The translations under genes and the position numbers were made by a program. A stretch of 64,000 nt of DNA from a virus. Positions 6,677 to 17,556 of this stretch are shown piece by piece. Positions within the stretch are counted from its first letter, which is position 1. Each line of letters starts with the position of its first letter. The stretch lies in IMG/VR virus record IMGVR_UViG_3300029915_000731, positions 1 through 64,000 of that record. One strand, 5' to 3'. The notes under the pieces were generated by a model that saw nothing but the letters and a program-made list of their open reading frames with translations, was not told the origin of the DNA and made no database searches.

Positions 6677-8395
6677 TCATTCTTCATAGTTCTCGTAAGC
6701 TTCAACCACTCGCTGTACCAAAGCATGGCGAACCACGTCAGTCTTATCGAAGTCTTGAAAGTGAATCCCCTCAATGTCGTGTAGCACTTTGCGTGCCTGA
6801 ATCAACCCGCTCATCTGACTAATGGGAAGGTCGATTTGAGTGATGTCTCCGGTGATGACCACTTTCGACTCCATACCCATGCGGGTGAGTAACATCTTCA
6901 TCTGCTGAGTGGTGGTATTCTGCGCTTCATCAAGAATGATGAAAGCGTTGTTGAGGGTGTTATGAGTCAAGATAAAATCATCGGTGACATACAAACTGTC
7001 CCCTGCCGCTACCTTAATACACTGAGTTTCCTCATCTCCTATAAATTCAATGGACTTAATAGATCGAACCGGACGCCCCCTTTTTGTCGTGTGATAGGCT
7101 TCAGACTTTCGACTAAGCCTAAACGGCTCTAGCCCATCCGGGAGTCTTATATCGAGACAAAACCAATTGCGCCGATGATACACGGGTCGGGTAGAAGAAC
7201 CCCCCGGTCTTCCTGATGGCTTTCTTTCTCTCCATGTAACTGTGCCACCTAAAGAGCGAACTAAGAAAATCACGCCATCTTTAAGTTGTTCTGAAGTAGT
7301 GGTATACCCGATACGGCTGGTTCTATTATTTTGTGAAACTACACCACCGTCTGTATCTAACAACCCTTGCAATACCCCAAGTCTAACATTCAAACTATTG
7401 TACAGATATTCCTCGGGGATAAACTTGGTGTAAGAATAGGTGCCAAGTGTGTAGTCAATATCCGAACCCGTGCAGGGTTTAATCACAACTTTCATCCAAT
7501 CCAAGTAGGGAGCAATCAGTGCTACTGAATCTGCTGTAGTAAAAGAGGGGGTGGTCGAACCTGTAATACACCCGTCTCCCAATAGAGCCCCTAACAAATA
7601 GGGATCAAGTGGAACATGTCGAAACCCAAAATTAACGGGGGCGACTAAAGGCAGTTCATACCGATATTGATGGGCACTCCGTAGACTATCAACCATATCT
7701 TTAGTCTGAATAACGCGATACGGCTTATCTCGACGTTTATCACTCGCAGTCAGCACAGACCATAAATGTTCATCAGAAGCTAATGTGGAAGCCCCATCAG
7801 TGGTTGTTACTCTGTAGACAGGCTTAACACCTTGTGGGTACACCCCTAAAACTGTTGTTGGACTACCATCCGACCCAACCACTGCATCCCCTACTTCAAG
7901 GCTCCCCATTAACTTCCAGCCAGTTGGTGTTAAAACACTACTTCGGAGGGGCTGCGCTCTACCCCTCATGAAAGCCAACGGGGCAACCTCGATAATTCCC
8001 TTCTCCAAATACTGGTCAACCTTCTCTGGGGGCATCAGGTCGTAGAGCGCGTCGTACAGAGGGCGCAGGTAGGGGTCAACCTTATCCTGCATAGAGCCAG
8101 GGAGGAAGCCCAAACGTTCTCCTGCTTCTACGGCGGGGCGGACAAGAACAAGGCGATTACCCTTCTTTGCCAGCCAAGTGACTGCTTTGGCGACGGCGAG
8201 GAGGGTCTTGCCTGTACCTGCGGGCCCAATGCCGAAGACCATATCGTTGGCATCAATCGCATCGAGGTAGTTCTTTTGGTTGACACTCTTCGGCTTAACC
8301 TTCAGAAAGCCCAGCTTCGCAGATGGGTGATAAGGGGCATCAACTTCAACTTGCGATGCTTCGGGAGTTACCTTTTTCTTATACTTGTTACCCAT
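6677..8395 (-). CDS. phoH: PhoH-family ATPase with intein
   Basis: [29 protein letters not shown]|[21 protein letters not shown]. Confidence 0.95.
   Translation of the reverse strand: MGNKYKKKVTPEASQVEVDAPYHPSAKLGFLKVKPKSVNQKNYLDAIDANDMVFGIGPAGTGKTLLAVAKAVTWLAKKGNRLVLVRPAVEAGERLGFLPGSMQDKVDPYLRPLYDALYDLMPPEKVDQYLEKGIIEVAPLAFMRGRAQPLRSSVLTPTGWKLMGSLEVGDAVVGSDGSPTTVLGVYPQGVKPVYRVTTTDGASTLASDEHLWSVLTASDKRRDKPYRVIQTKDMVDSLRSAHQYRYELPLVAPVNFGFRHVPLDPYLLGALLGDGCITGSTTPSFTTADSVALIAPYLDWMKVVIKPCTGSDIDYTLGTYSYTKFIPEEYLYNSLNVRLGVLQGLLDTDGGVVSQNNRTSRIGYTTTSEQLKDGVIFLVRSLGGTVTWRERKPSGRPGGSSTRPVYHRRNWFCLDIRLPDGLEPFRLSRKSEAYHTTKRGRPVRSIKSIEFIGDEETQCIKVAAGDSLYVTDDFILTHNTLNNAFIILDEAQNTTTQQMKMLLTRMGMESKVVITGDITQIDLPISQMSGLIQARKVLHDIEGIHFQDFDKTDVVRHALVQRVVEAYENYEE
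6959..7957 (-). mobile_element. Class-3 intein (333 aa) with LAGLIDADG homing endonuclease
   Basis: Starts AQPL, ends ILTHN followed by T; EHLW, TQCI, LTHN; LLGALLGDG and LQGLLDTDG. Confidence 0.9.
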
Positions 8396-8707
8396 TTATC
8401 CTTTGTCCTCGCCAACCATCTTTTCAACTTGACTGAGTGTAGCTAGAACGTTGTGTAGAACGCTGGTGAGAGTGGTCACCTTGGCTGTTAGTGGGTAGCC
8501 CTTAGCGGCCTTATTGCACGGTTCCTCCTTGCTATTTGAACCGTTCACGTTACCATTCAGATGGTCTGCAACATATTTAAGTTCACTAGCCAGATTAATG
8601 AGGGCGCTTAGACTGCTGTGTAAGGTAGCCACTATCGACACTGGCGTGCAGTCAGTGTCGCAGCATTCTTGTTGTGCTGGAGGGTATTTGTTATAGGTAT
8701 TGGCCAT
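8396..8707 (-). CDS. Hypothetical protein
   Basis: AGGGGG SD; abuts phoH. Confidence 0.6.
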   Translation of the reverse strand: MANTYNKYPPAQQECCDTDCTPVSIVATLHSSLSALINLASELKYVADHLNGNVNGSNSKEEPCNKAAKGYPLTAKVTTLTSVLHNVLATLSQVEKMVGEDKG

Positions 8708-8784
8708 TATAATCCCCTTTTGTACTCACGGTGCATAAGCTACTTGCACGATTGGTGCAAGGATACCTTCCACTTAATACTGAC

Positions 8785-9177
8785 TTATTGATGCGTTACT
8801 GTTTTTCTGCACAGCTTATCCCTTACTTCAGCCGCGATGTCAGCAACTCGGTAGAACAGGCCAAGGCACCCACTACCCCCCTCAAGGTGTGCCTGTGCTA
8901 AATATGAAAGAGCATCAAGACACTCCTCATATGCATCAGTAAGAGCATCACGCCCATTGTTTATTTTCAGCCGTTGACCATATTTCTTCTCGCCGAAAAC
9001 AATACGGGACTCATGGTCTTTGGCTACATCAGGTAGGTAGTGCAGGGTGTAATCAGGGGTTGTGAAATCGGTAAGTGCTTTGGTGGTAAGGTACTCTACT
9101 ACGGCGTCACCAACATCAACAGCGTCAGCGTCTCCGGTAGGTATTTTTTGAACAACAGTAGGGTCGAGTGTAGACAT
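8785..9177 (-). CDS. Putative MazG-like all-alpha NTP pyrophosphatase
   Basis: GEKKYG...DAYEECLDALSYL. Confidence 0.55.
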   Translation of the reverse strand: MSTLDPTVVQKIPTGDADAVDVGDAVVEYLTTKALTDFTTPDYTLHYLPDVAKDHESRIVFGEKKYGQRLKINNGRDALTDAYEECLDALSYLAQAHLEGGSGCLGLFYRVADIAAEVRDKLCRKTVTHQ

Positions 9178-9210
9178 TGTGCCCCTCCTCGAACCTTTAA
9201 TACGTAGTTT

Positions 9211-9639
9211 TTAAGCTAAGATTGGATTGTCTTTCTGGTCGTACAGGTCGGCGAAAGTGGAGATGTCGTAGTGATTCAAAACTCGAATAGCTTCCGGGGC
9301 AATCTCATGGTGAATGATTTGAACTGGAGTTTCTCGATGGAACATAAAACCCTTCCAGTCTAAGTCGTGAGTTACTCCAAACCCACTCTCCAATCCCCAC
9401 GATTCATCATAGGTTACTTCCAGTAAGACGACGTTCTCAGTCTTCTTGGTGATGGCTTGCCAGATGATGCAACCCAAGTGGGATAGCCCCCGCTGCCGTT
9501 CCATGTACAGCCAGACCCCGGTGTTAGAAACACCGAAAGGGGCGGCAACCTTGGAGAGGCTCTCCACGAGGTACGGCTTCAATCCCTCTCGCTGAATTAC
9601 CTCCCAGTTGTGAGCCGATGTGTAGTGATATCCAATCAT
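9211..9639 (-). CDS. Putative ADP-ribosyltransferase-fold protein
   Basis: YHYTS...IQREGLKP...GVWL...VLLEV pattern. Confidence 0.45.
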   Translation of the reverse strand: MIGYHYTSAHNWEVIQREGLKPYLVESLSKVAAPFGVSNTGVWLYMERQRGLSHLGCIIWQAITKKTENVVLLEVTYDESWGLESGFGVTHDLDWKGFMFHRETPVQIIHHEIAPEAIRVLNHYDISTFADLYDQKDNPILA

Positions 9640-10031
9640 ACCTCTTCCTCGGTCAGCTTTCTGAAATCGGCAGTGTGGTATCCAAAATAAGTCCTACCGT
9701 CCTTTGTCACGAGGGTGCAATGACCGGGCATATTGGCGATGTCTCCGAGCACGAGAACTGTGTCGCCCTCTTTGAAGGGGTACTCGAACCGCTCGCAGAC
9801 CCTCTGGGGCATGTCTACTTTTGCCAAGTACCCGCACACCGGGTCTTCGTGATGCCTGTTAGCTCCCTCAGCTTCGAGAGTCCCCATCCGCTTCACCCGG
9901 TCTGCCTGAGGAGAAGCCTTGCCGTTCTCCCATCTGTTGACCGTTGCAAAGCTAACTCCAAGAACCTCGGCGAATTTCTCCTGAGTCAACTGTAGCTTCC
10001 GACGCAGTTTCTTAATCTGAAGAGGCTTCAT
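9636..10031 (-). CDS. XRE-family HTH protein
   Basis: LRRKLQLTQEKFAEVLGVSFATVNRWENG. Confidence 0.85.
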   Translation of the reverse strand: MKPLQIKKLRRKLQLTQEKFAEVLGVSFATVNRWENGKASPQADRVKRMGTLEAEGANRHHEDPVCGYLAKVDMPQRVCERFEYPFKEGDTVLVLGDIANMPGHCTLVTKDGRTYFGYHTADFRKLTEEEV

Positions 10032-10032
10032 T

Positions 10033-10629
10033 CTATTCCACCCGTCCCGAGCCCTTAAGAGACTCCCGATACTCTAACCATGCTGGCATTTTACGCGCCA
10101 TTTTCTCCATAACCTGCTCGATTGACACTGGGTGGAAATTCCACTCGGGAACATCCACCCCAACATCAAAAGAGAGTAGGGTTGGGTCTTCAGGTAACAT
10201 GGAGTGCGAGTGTCCATAGAGCTGAAATGTCCCCTTGTGGCTACTCGGCCATGTCCTTAGAGCATAGTGACATAGTGTAATATGAGGAACCCCCTCAATT
10301 TTAGGGCTGAGGTTCGCGAGGTCTTTAATCCAAATCCATGGGAGTTTTTCACCCACAGCATCATGATTCCCCCGAACAAAGTATTGGTTACCATTCAGTC
10401 GTTTAAAGAGGGGGAGGACGCTCGACACTTGAGTCTTCACTGCGAAGTCCCCAAGATTGTACACAAGGTCACCCGGCCTAACTACCTCATTGTGGTTTTC
10501 AACGATTGTCTCGTTCATCTCCTCAACTGAAGAGAACATCGGACGGGGTACCCTTTGGCCGGGTATTCCTCGGAGCATGAAATCGTGAAATAGGTGCCAG
10601 TCGGCTGTAAAAAATAGGTTCATAGCCAT
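10033..10629 (-). CDS. Calcineurin-like metallophosphoesterase
   Basis: DWH, LGD, GNHD, CHY, GHSH. Confidence 0.9.
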   Translation of the reverse strand: MAMNLFFTADWHLFHDFMLRGIPGQRVPRPMFSSVEEMNETIVENHNEVVRPGDLVYNLGDFAVKTQVSSVLPLFKRLNGNQYFVRGNHDAVGEKLPWIWIKDLANLSPKIEGVPHITLCHYALRTWPSSHKGTFQLYGHSHSMLPEDPTLLSFDVGVDVPEWNFHPVSIEQVMEKMARKMPAWLEYRESLKGSGRVE

Positions 10630-10812
10630 CCAGTATAGCAGACTAGCGACGTTCCGCCAACTTTATTGCTACCAGCATCACAGCCGCCACTAGGGAAGCG
10701 AGGAACAGAACATCCAGAATAGAGAGGGGTCGGGGGTCGGTCAAACCCGCGATAACGCCGCAGGGGTTGGCGATACCGCCGCAGGGATAAATTATAGTGT
10801 TCATGTTGCTCC

Positions 10813-11823
10813 TTAAAGTTCACATAATTCTTTAACAAATGAGAGCAGTTCCGGTTCGTCAACCGGGCAGAGCGTCTTCAAAATCTCTCGGGGGTCAGTG
10901 GCTTCGATGTCGTCCACCTGCTCTTCCAAACCCGTGAGGAACTGCTTCAACTCCTCCGACTTCGCTACGCTGTCCATGCCCTTGTCTGCGGTCTGGAAGG
11001 CTACCTGAAGTGGAGTAACCGGGATTTCCTTTTCCTTGTACCTAATACCGTCTTCCGCGAACGAGATAATTGCACAAGCTACCGGACGGTCAGTTTGGTC
11101 GGTATCGAAGGCCGCCCGGGCGAGGGAGCCTAGATGGATGTGGGTGGGGCGGCCTACAGTGACCGTCTCCTTGCGGGAGTGGTCGTGACCCCAGAGCAGG
11201 AAATCATAGTCGGACTCGGCAACCTCGTTGTACCCGATAATGCGCTCTCCAAAAAGGGAGCCCTCATTGCCGGGTTGTCCATAGGCGTGAACAATACCCA
11301 CTCGGTGGGTAACCCCCGCTGGGCGGGGTGCCGCCGCCATAATGGACTCTAGCACACCCTCGTGGGCATAGGGGAATGTCTCAACCAGCACCTGTACCGT
11401 ACCTGAGTTGTTGGAGAAGATGACTGGGTTGTAGGTTAAATCACGGTAAACTCCCGCCGCAATCAACAACCCTAGGGGCTGTTTGGTAAGGGAATCTAGT
11501 CGGTCTGCTGACAAATCGTGGTTGCCCACCGCACCCCAAAGACATCCATAAGGGAACTCCCTAAACTCCTTAGCTGCTTCCACGAGCAATCCAAGAGTAT
11601 TTGACGCGGCTCTGGGGTTTTTAGAATGAAAAACATCCCCACCGCACAAGCCCACTGCTTTAATGCGTTGAGTTAACTCTCTAACAAACCGCACCTTATC
11701 AAGAATCGCTTTCTGGTAATCATCCCCCCGCCTTCCGGGTGGAACCGCTGACATATGCAAATCGGTAATGAAAGTAAATGTACAGCGCGGGTGCGGGAGT
11801 TTTACAACCGTGATAGTGGACAT
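10813..11823 (-). CDS. SbcD/Mre11-like nuclease
   Basis: TDLH, GGDVFH, GNHD, GHDH, GSLAR. Confidence 0.85.
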   Translation of the reverse strand: MSTITVVKLPHPRCTFTFITDLHMSAVPPGRRGDDYQKAILDKVRFVRELTQRIKAVGLCGGDVFHSKNPRAASNTLGLLVEAAKEFREFPYGCLWGAVGNHDLSADRLDSLTKQPLGLLIAAGVYRDLTYNPVIFSNNSGTVQVLVETFPYAHEGVLESIMAAAPRPAGVTHRVGIVHAYGQPGNEGSLFGERIIGYNEVAESDYDFLLWGHDHSRKETVTVGRPTHIHLGSLARAAFDTDQTDRPVACAIISFAEDGIRYKEKEIPVTPLQVAFQTADKGMDSVAKSEELKQFLTGLEEQVDDIEATDPREILKTLCPVDEPELLSFVKELCEL

Positions 11824-11826
11824 AAG

Positions 11827-12321
11827 TTATTCCTTCGCAAAGCCGTTGGTGTAGGGAGCCCAAGTCACGCTGTACTCACCATTAGTTGAAGGGATGACAT
11901 ACATCACATCCATCTTCATCGTTGCCGCAATCTCCAACTCCGCAGTAACCCCCTTTGATTCCTCCCAGCCCGGAAGGCAGAGCACCCAAATAGCATCGCA
12001 GCGAGAGAGCATGGTCTCATCGAACTGCTTCCAGAACGCCCAGTCACCCTGCAACTTACAGTAAGTTGCAATCGGATGGGTGTGACAGATGGGGGAGTAA
12101 AAGAATAAGTCCGTGAACTTGTTCATCAGGTAGCCCGTGGCCACCGCTGCCGACAAGAACCTTACCTCCTGCTGAACTTTGTCCGGGCTGGAGTACGGGC
12201 TTGCGACGTAGACTAGCTTACCTCTTTCCATTTTGCCTCCATCCTTGTAATACTGGAGACAAAAGAAAAGAGCCCAATTACGGGCTCTTTTGGTTATCTC
12301 ATCTTTTGGAGCCACCACCAT
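11827..12321 (-). CDS. DUF1937 / nucleoside deoxyribosyltransferase-like protein (true start may be MERGK)
   Basis: YVASPYS, SPICHTH, LSRCD, GWEESKGVTAE. Confidence 0.75.
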   Translation of the reverse strand: MVVAPKDEITKRARNWALFFCLQYYKDGGKMERGKLVYVASPYSSPDKVQQEVRFLSAAVATGYLMNKFTDLFFYSPICHTHPIATYCKLQGDWAFWKQFDETMLSRCDAIWVLCLPGWEESKGVTAELEIAATMKMDVMYVIPSTNGEYSVTWAPYTNGFAKE

Positions 12322-12449
12322 GCCAGCAAGAGAATGAGCACGTCCGCCGCCCTCACTACTTAGAGACCGACGATGACGACTTGTACGAGAATCGTAATCG
12401 CTACCAAAAAACTTTTCAAAACAGTTTCCATAAATCCTCTCTATCTCTA

Positions 12450-12974
12450 TTATTCTGCAACGGTCTTTGCAGACACGTCGATGGGGGCACTCTTGCCTAC
12501 CTTGGCGGATGTGTCGATGGTTGGGTTCTTGCCTACCTTGGCGGATGTGTCGATGTGAAAAGGAACCTTCGTCTTCTGCTCGGGGACTACAGGGGCTTCG
12601 ACTACAGGGGCTTCGACTACAGGGGCTTCGACTACAGGGGCTGCTTGCCGCTCCACTTTGACTACGGGCTGAGCCGACTGAGGCTCTGTTTCCGTGGTTG
12701 CTACCGCAATCGTCGGCGTCCCCGTCTTCTCATAGAAGGCGTCCATAACTTTCTCGTGGGCATCGTTTGCTACCATACCCTTGAAGTCAGCAATGACCGA
12801 CTTGGTAGCCTTGCTCGTCGGACCTGATTCGGCCTTAATCTTGAACTCTGCGTACTCCTGAGCTAAGACACTCGTGGGAAAAGTGATAACTGCCACTACG
12901 ATGTGGTTGTTGATGAGGGACACGTTGTAGGTTCCCTCAGCGGTCTTTGCCATGGTAACTTTATCGTAAATCAT
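12450..12974 (-). CDS. Hypothetical protein with VEAPV and IDTSAKVGK repeats
   Basis: Coding tandem repeats of 15 bp and 33 bp at ~12470-12640. Confidence 0.7.
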   Translation of the reverse strand: MIYDKVTMAKTAEGTYNVSLINNHIVVAVITFPTSVLAQEYAEFKIKAESGPTSKATKSVIADFKGMVANDAHEKVMDAFYEKTGTPTIAVATTETEPQSAQPVVKVERQAAPVVEAPVVEAPVVEAPVVPEQKTKVPFHIDTSAKVGKNPTIDTSAKVGKSAPIDVSAKTVAE

Positions 12975-13270
12975 TAGTTCTCCTGTAACTGCTGATACTC
13001 TCTCATCAAAGCATCACCTTTGGTGAGTTGTTCTTCAATGGACTGAAGCCAGTCAGCCAGTTGAGTCTGTAGCTCATTGGCCAGTTTTTGTAGCTCAGCT
13101 TCAGTCATGGTCTCTGCCTCAATGCCATACTGATGAAGATTCTCATAGGCTTGAGTCAGCTTCTGCTTCTCAATACCTGCATCGTGGATAATCTGGTCGC
13201 GGCCATTCGCCAAGGTTTTCACCCTCGCAGTGGCTTCCTTCAAACGTTCTTGAATCTGTTTAGCTTCCAC
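12974..13270 (-). CDS. Coiled-coil protein
   Basis: Heptad-rich 98 aa directly after the SbcC N-half. Confidence 0.65.
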   Translation of the reverse strand: MEAKQIQERLKEATARVKTLANGRDQIIHDAGIEKQKLTQAYENLHQYGIEAETMTEAELQKLANELQTQLADWLQSIEEQLTKGDALMREYQQLQEN

Positions 13271-13280
13271 CGATACCCCC

Positions 13281-14570
13281 CTAACCTACTACTCTCCCAT
13301 GATTGGATAGTTGAAATCCACATTTAGGGCAGAGGATTAGTGTTGCCTGTCGCTTCTGCTCTTCATCCAAAATGGTAAGCTTATTCAATTCCTCTCGGGC
13401 AGCTCCCAGTTCCACCTCATTATCAGAGAGTTCTTTGGCCTTACCCGCCACCCGACTACGGTAAACAATCGCCGCACTCAAGTACCTAATACTGATTTGC
13501 GCGTCGGTTGCCTTTTTGGTATCGCGATCAAGTACACTTAAAATGCAATCAAGCCGCTTTTCATACTCCTCTGAAGAGGTCTTCCGGTTACTCAAGATAA
13601 ACAGTAGCCCATTGACACTCTTCTGCTTTCTGAATGCGATGATTAACTCTGACCAGTCAGCGGCGATGCCGTCAAAATGGGACTCCAACCCCTCTAACTT
13701 TGACTCCTTCCGTTGCAGCCAAGTATGGTACAAAAGCGATTTCTCCGCCTGATTGAGGTACTGTATTTGCTGGTACAGGCTCTGACCCTCGGTTAGTTCC
13801 GGGAGTACACAGGACTTGAGAATGCGAACGATGGGAATAAGCTTTCGGCGAAGACTCAATACGGTGAGGAGTGCCCCCAGCTTACCCTCCACCTCACGGG
13901 CGCTAGCCTCTAACGTATGTAGCGTCCCTGCCAACTCATCTGCTCTCTGGGAAAGAGGGAGCAACTTGGCTTTGCGCTCCTCAGCATCTCTAATCTCTAT
14001 GGAAAGAGTCTTAGCCTCGCTGTTCTTACTAGCAACCCGGGAGTTGGCTTCTTTCTTTCCCGCGTCTAACTTCTCCGTACTGGAGAACGCTCCGATGATG
14101 GCATTCAATTCAGTCGGTTTATAGCGGTCGGAGTCAATCAGGAACTGAGCCTTGTTCTGCTCTGCGAATATGGGATCAATTGAGTAGTCCCCAATCTCCA
14201 CTTCACCAAACTTTAATGCGGCTACCTCATCGGGAATTTTTCGATTGAGGCTGGTATATGGCTTGCCATGGTCGATGACATAAGTGGTGCTCCCCCCCTT
14301 TTTACGGGAGGCTTCAACACAATGACCATCAACATCAACTGAAAGCTCCATAGGTTCCGGCTGATTGTTTCTGATGTACTCCTCAGGAAGGTCATTACGC
14401 AGTAAGCCCCTCAACGCCCGGAAGGTTGCAGACTTACCCTTATTAGAGGGGCCGACGATGACGGTTAATTTGTCGATAGAAATTTCAAACTCACCCCATG
14501 GCTGAAAATTCTTACCTTTGAAGAGCATCGGAAATCTCCTTAAAACACGGGGGTGCATACCGAAGTACAC
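13281..14570 (-). CDS. SbcC/Rad50-like ATPase, N-terminal half
   Basis: KNFQ, GPSNKGKS Walker A, Q-loop, coiled coil ending in CPKCG. Confidence 0.8.
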   Translation of the reverse strand: MYFGMHPRVLRRFPMLFKGKNFQPWGEFEISIDKLTVIVGPSNKGKSATFRALRGLLRNDLPEEYIRNNQPEPMELSVDVDGHCVEASRKKGGSTTYVIDHGKPYTSLNRKIPDEVAALKFGEVEIGDYSIDPIFAEQNKAQFLIDSDRYKPTELNAIIGAFSSTEKLDAGKKEANSRVASKNSEAKTLSIEIRDAEERKAKLLPLSQRADELAGTLHTLEASAREVEGKLGALLTVLSLRRKLIPIVRILKSCVLPELTEGQSLYQQIQYLNQAEKSLLYHTWLQRKESKLEGLESHFDGIAADWSELIIAFRKQKSVNGLLFILSNRKTSSEEYEKRLDCILSVLDRDTKKATDAQISIRYLSAAIVYRSRVAGKAKELSDNEVELGAAREELNKLTILDEEQKRQATLILCPKCGFQLSNHGRVVG

Positions 14571-14587
14571 ACCCCTTAATCCCAGAA

Positions 14588-15943
14588 TTATTCTTCTTCG
14601 ACTTCTTCGAACGCTCTACGGGCTTGGCTGGTGAGGTCAACAACCTCAACCCCAGATTCGTTCTCCTCGTCCATGACTGAGACATGGCTCTCACTCAGAG
14701 CGTCCATCTCTTCCTTGGTGAGGCTGGCGTTAAAGCGACCTGAGTCATCGGCTTCCAGCCGCTCAATCAGCAGCGCCTTCAGTCGTGGGTAGATTTCAGG
14801 GTTCTCGCGAATGACGAAGTCCTCCACCAATTCTTTCTTGTTGGCGTAGGTGATAATCGCGTCGTCCTTTGAGTTACCGATAACCCACTTACCTCCGGTA
14901 AAGCCAACTAGGTCATAGGTACATGCCAAGTCGCGGATGCTCATCTTCTCGTCTATGCCGTAGCCAGGACGGATGTAGATGAAGCCCTCGCGGTAGCCCC
15001 CACCCGTAATCTTATTCTTCAGGGTGCGGATACGTACCTTGTTGGCGGTGGGGAATGTCTTCGCTTCAGCTCCTGCTGGCTGGATGAGAAGGAAGTCTTC
15101 CTTGTCCTGTGGCATCTTCTTCCAATCCCACGGGCGGAGTTCCTTGTTCATCGTCAACTCAAGCATTGTTGCTGGAGCGAAGCGACCCATGCGGCCACCA
15201 GGAAGGGAGTAGATGCGATTGGTGTAGCTGTACTGAGTCGCACGCATGGCTTCAGGGCTGTCGTCAATGCGGTCGCGGGTCTGATTGACCATGAACAGAC
15301 CACCATCGTACTTCCTTAAGAAGGGGTTCAGAGTTGTGTAGAAGGTAGCAATAGCCTTGGCGTGCTTACCGTAGTTGGCCTTGAATACCTTCTTGGCCAT
15401 GATGTCCTTCTCGTCTACCAATTGCTGCATGTAGGGTATCGAGTCACATATGACGAAGCGGGTTCCACCTTTGAGGGTGGTCAGAATGTCCGCCATTGCA
15501 GTGTCAATGGAGTCGGGCTTTTTGAACAGGGTCATCTCCGGGTCGAGTCCGAGGAGGGTGTTGTAGCTGGTGGTGCCAGTACCTTCAAAGTCGAAGAAAC
15601 CAACAGGCTCTCCGGTAAACTTCTGGAACTGGGCGGCGATATAGAGGATGACAGTGGACTTACCCGTCCCCTCATCTCCGTGAATCTGGAACACACGACC
15701 ATTGAAGGAGATGCCACCCAGCTTGAGTACATTGTCAAACACAATGTGACCGTAGGGGATGGTGGCCTCTTTGAAGTCGGATTCGACCAGTTGATAGTCT
15801 CCTTTGAAGGAGGCACGGGTCTTCAGGAAAGCCTCACGACGTTGTTCAACTGTCCAGTTGCGGGAAGAACCCTTCGGCTCTTCTGTAGATTCTTTCTTTG
15901 CATTCTTCGGCGTAGCTTTTGCCATGTAGTTCTCCAGTTTCAC
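14588..15943 (-). CDS. recA: RecA/UvsX-like recombinase
   Basis: GDEGTGKST, FDFE, CDSI, VNQTR, LPGG, KNK. Confidence 0.9.
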   Translation of the reverse strand: MKLENYMAKATPKNAKKESTEEPKGSSRNWTVEQRREAFLKTRASFKGDYQLVESDFKEATIPYGHIVFDNVLKLGGISFNGRVFQIHGDEGTGKSTVILYIAAQFQKFTGEPVGFFDFEGTGTTSYNTLLGLDPEMTLFKKPDSIDTAMADILTTLKGGTRFVICDSIPYMQQLVDEKDIMAKKVFKANYGKHAKAIATFYTTLNPFLRKYDGGLFMVNQTRDRIDDSPEAMRATQYSYTNRIYSLPGGRMGRFAPATMLELTMNKELRPWDWKKMPQDKEDFLLIQPAGAEAKTFPTANKVRIRTLKNKITGGGYREGFIYIRPGYGIDEKMSIRDLACTYDLVGFTGGKWVIGNSKDDAIITYANKKELVEDFVIRENPEIYPRLKALLIERLEADDSGRFNASLTKEEMDALSESHVSVMDEENESGVEVVDLTSQARRAFEEVEEE

Positions 15944-16006
15944 GCTTATTCAGCTATATGCACAATGTGCTGACTGATGCGTTTTAGGTAACACAGTTAA
16001 ATACTG

Positions 16007-16819
16007 CTAGATCGTGAAATCGACCCTAGATAGTTTCTTCTTGGGGTTGGTGGCGTCTTTAGACATCACCCCATAGGTACTCTTTTGGTACGTCGTCCAG
16101 TATTCAGGGTGGTGGAGTACACCTTCGACAACAAGGTGGGCTCGTTTACCTTTTCCTTTTACTTTTTGAGTGGCATCGCATAGTCTGATTTTGACGTTAT
16201 TAGGAACATCTTCTATACGCCCCATGAGGAGTGCGCTAGTCCATCGCGCCATCATCATGAGTAGCACTCCGTCGCAAGCGTCAGTATCCATTTCTGGGAA
16301 CCTGTCTTTGTTAACAAAAGTCAATGCCTTTGCAATGTTCTCTTTTTTATTCCCTGACCCAGTTTTAGTTAATCCCATCAAAGATCGAAGGGTGCTGGCG
16401 TTCACAAATAGAATGTGGGCGGGAGCACTCTTGTGGAGTGGGGAGTCTTCTGCAAAGAATTGGGTGAGTGCCCCGTTTCTAGACCCGCTCAAAAAATCGT
16501 TCCTTGGGGTTGCCGCCTCGAAGCATAGTAATAACCCTGCGCCCTCTTCCAGTAGTGAACAGACCACAGGGGTACAGATTTCAGCTAAAAGTCCCTTGCC
16601 TGTTAAATTACTACGTATCCAAACGGGGGCTATGGGACTGGTGGCTTGTGGTTTAACACTCCCCACCTTGATTACCTCAAACCCAGTCTCAGTCACGACG
16701 CCTACGGCATACCCTGAACGGGATGTACTTAAATCCAAGCCAACAACCACCCACGAGTTGTAGGAGAGGGGGGCGGGAAGGTTTATCAATACCTCTTTTT
16801 TAATCTTCTTCTTAGCCAT
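16007..16819 (-). CDS. RuvC-like Holliday junction resolvase
   Basis: GLDLSTSRSGYAV, CFE, DTDACDG. Confidence 0.7.
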   Translation of the reverse strand: MAKKKIKKEVLINLPAPLSYNSWVVVGLDLSTSRSGYAVGVVTETGFEVIKVGSVKPQATSPIAPVWIRSNLTGKGLLAEICTPVVCSLLEEGAGLLLCFEAATPRNDFLSGSRNGALTQFFAEDSPLHKSAPAHILFVNASTLRSLMGLTKTGSGNKKENIAKALTFVNKDRFPEMDTDACDGVLLMMMARWTSALLMGRIEDVPNNVKIRLCDATQKVKGKGKRAHLVVEGVLHHPEYWTTYQKSTYGVMSKDATNPKKKLSRVDFTI

Positions 16820-16824
16820 ATCTC

Positions 16825-17556
16825 TTAATACCCGTTTTCGTCTACAACCACGATGGAAAATCCAGCTTCGGCGACTCGGGCTTTCTCGTGCTCAAGGGCA
16901 TCCTGCTTGATAACGAGCAGCCAAGCGATGAATCTCCCACCTTCGTACTTTGCACGATAGCCACATGCCTTTATCTTGTCGTTGAGACCTCTATCACCGA
17001 CCGCCTTTACGTAGATGCTGGGTGTCTGAGCACTTTTAACGACCTCATTGATGTCATAGTTGCTGAGGACACGGAACATAGTCATAACATCAAACACAGC
17101 CCGGTGGGGAAATGGGTTCAAGAAACCGTGCTCCACAGCAAGGTAAGGCAGATGTCGGCTTCTTATCCCCTTGGGGAGGGGGATGTCGGCAGAGGTGTCA
17201 ATCCAGACCTTATCCTCTGCGAACTCGATGTTGTGCTTCTTGATCCACGCTTTTAGGAACCCGTGGTCGAAGGGGGCGTTATGGGCACAGATATAGTCGG
17301 CCTGTTGATACATGGCTAGAACTTGCTTGAGGGCTCGTTCTGAATCGTGTCCATACTTATCACAAACCAATGTATTGAGCCCGGTGATTTCAGCAGCCAC
17401 CTCGCCAAAAGGGGTGTCCCCCGTCTTCACCAAAAATCCCATAAGTTTGACGGGGGCTTGCAGGTCGGTATCCCAGAGGATAGCTCCTACTTCAGTAACT
17501 ACATCAACGGCGGATTCGAGGCCAGTAGTCTCGAAGTCAATTCCCAATAGCAACAA
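16825..17556 (-). CDS. DnaQ-like DEDDh 3'-5' exonuclease
   Basis: DFETTG, AHNAPFD, HRAVFD. Confidence 0.9.
   Translation of the reverse strand: MLLLGIDFETTGLESAVDVVTEVGAILWDTDLQAPVKLMGFLVKTGDTPFGEVAAEITGLNTLVCDKYGHDSERALKQVLAMYQQADYICAHNAPFDHGFLKAWIKKHNIEFAEDKVWIDTSADIPLPKGIRSRHLPYLAVEHGFLNPFPHRAVFDVMTMFRVLSNYDINEVVKSAQTPSIYVKAVGDRGLNDKIKACGYRAKYEGGRFIAWLLVIKQDALEHEKARVAEAGFSIVVVDENGY

Noticed and set aside
12470-12640. Tandem 15-bp and 33-bp repeats as CRISPR or iterons
   Set aside because: In-frame coding repeats without unique spacers
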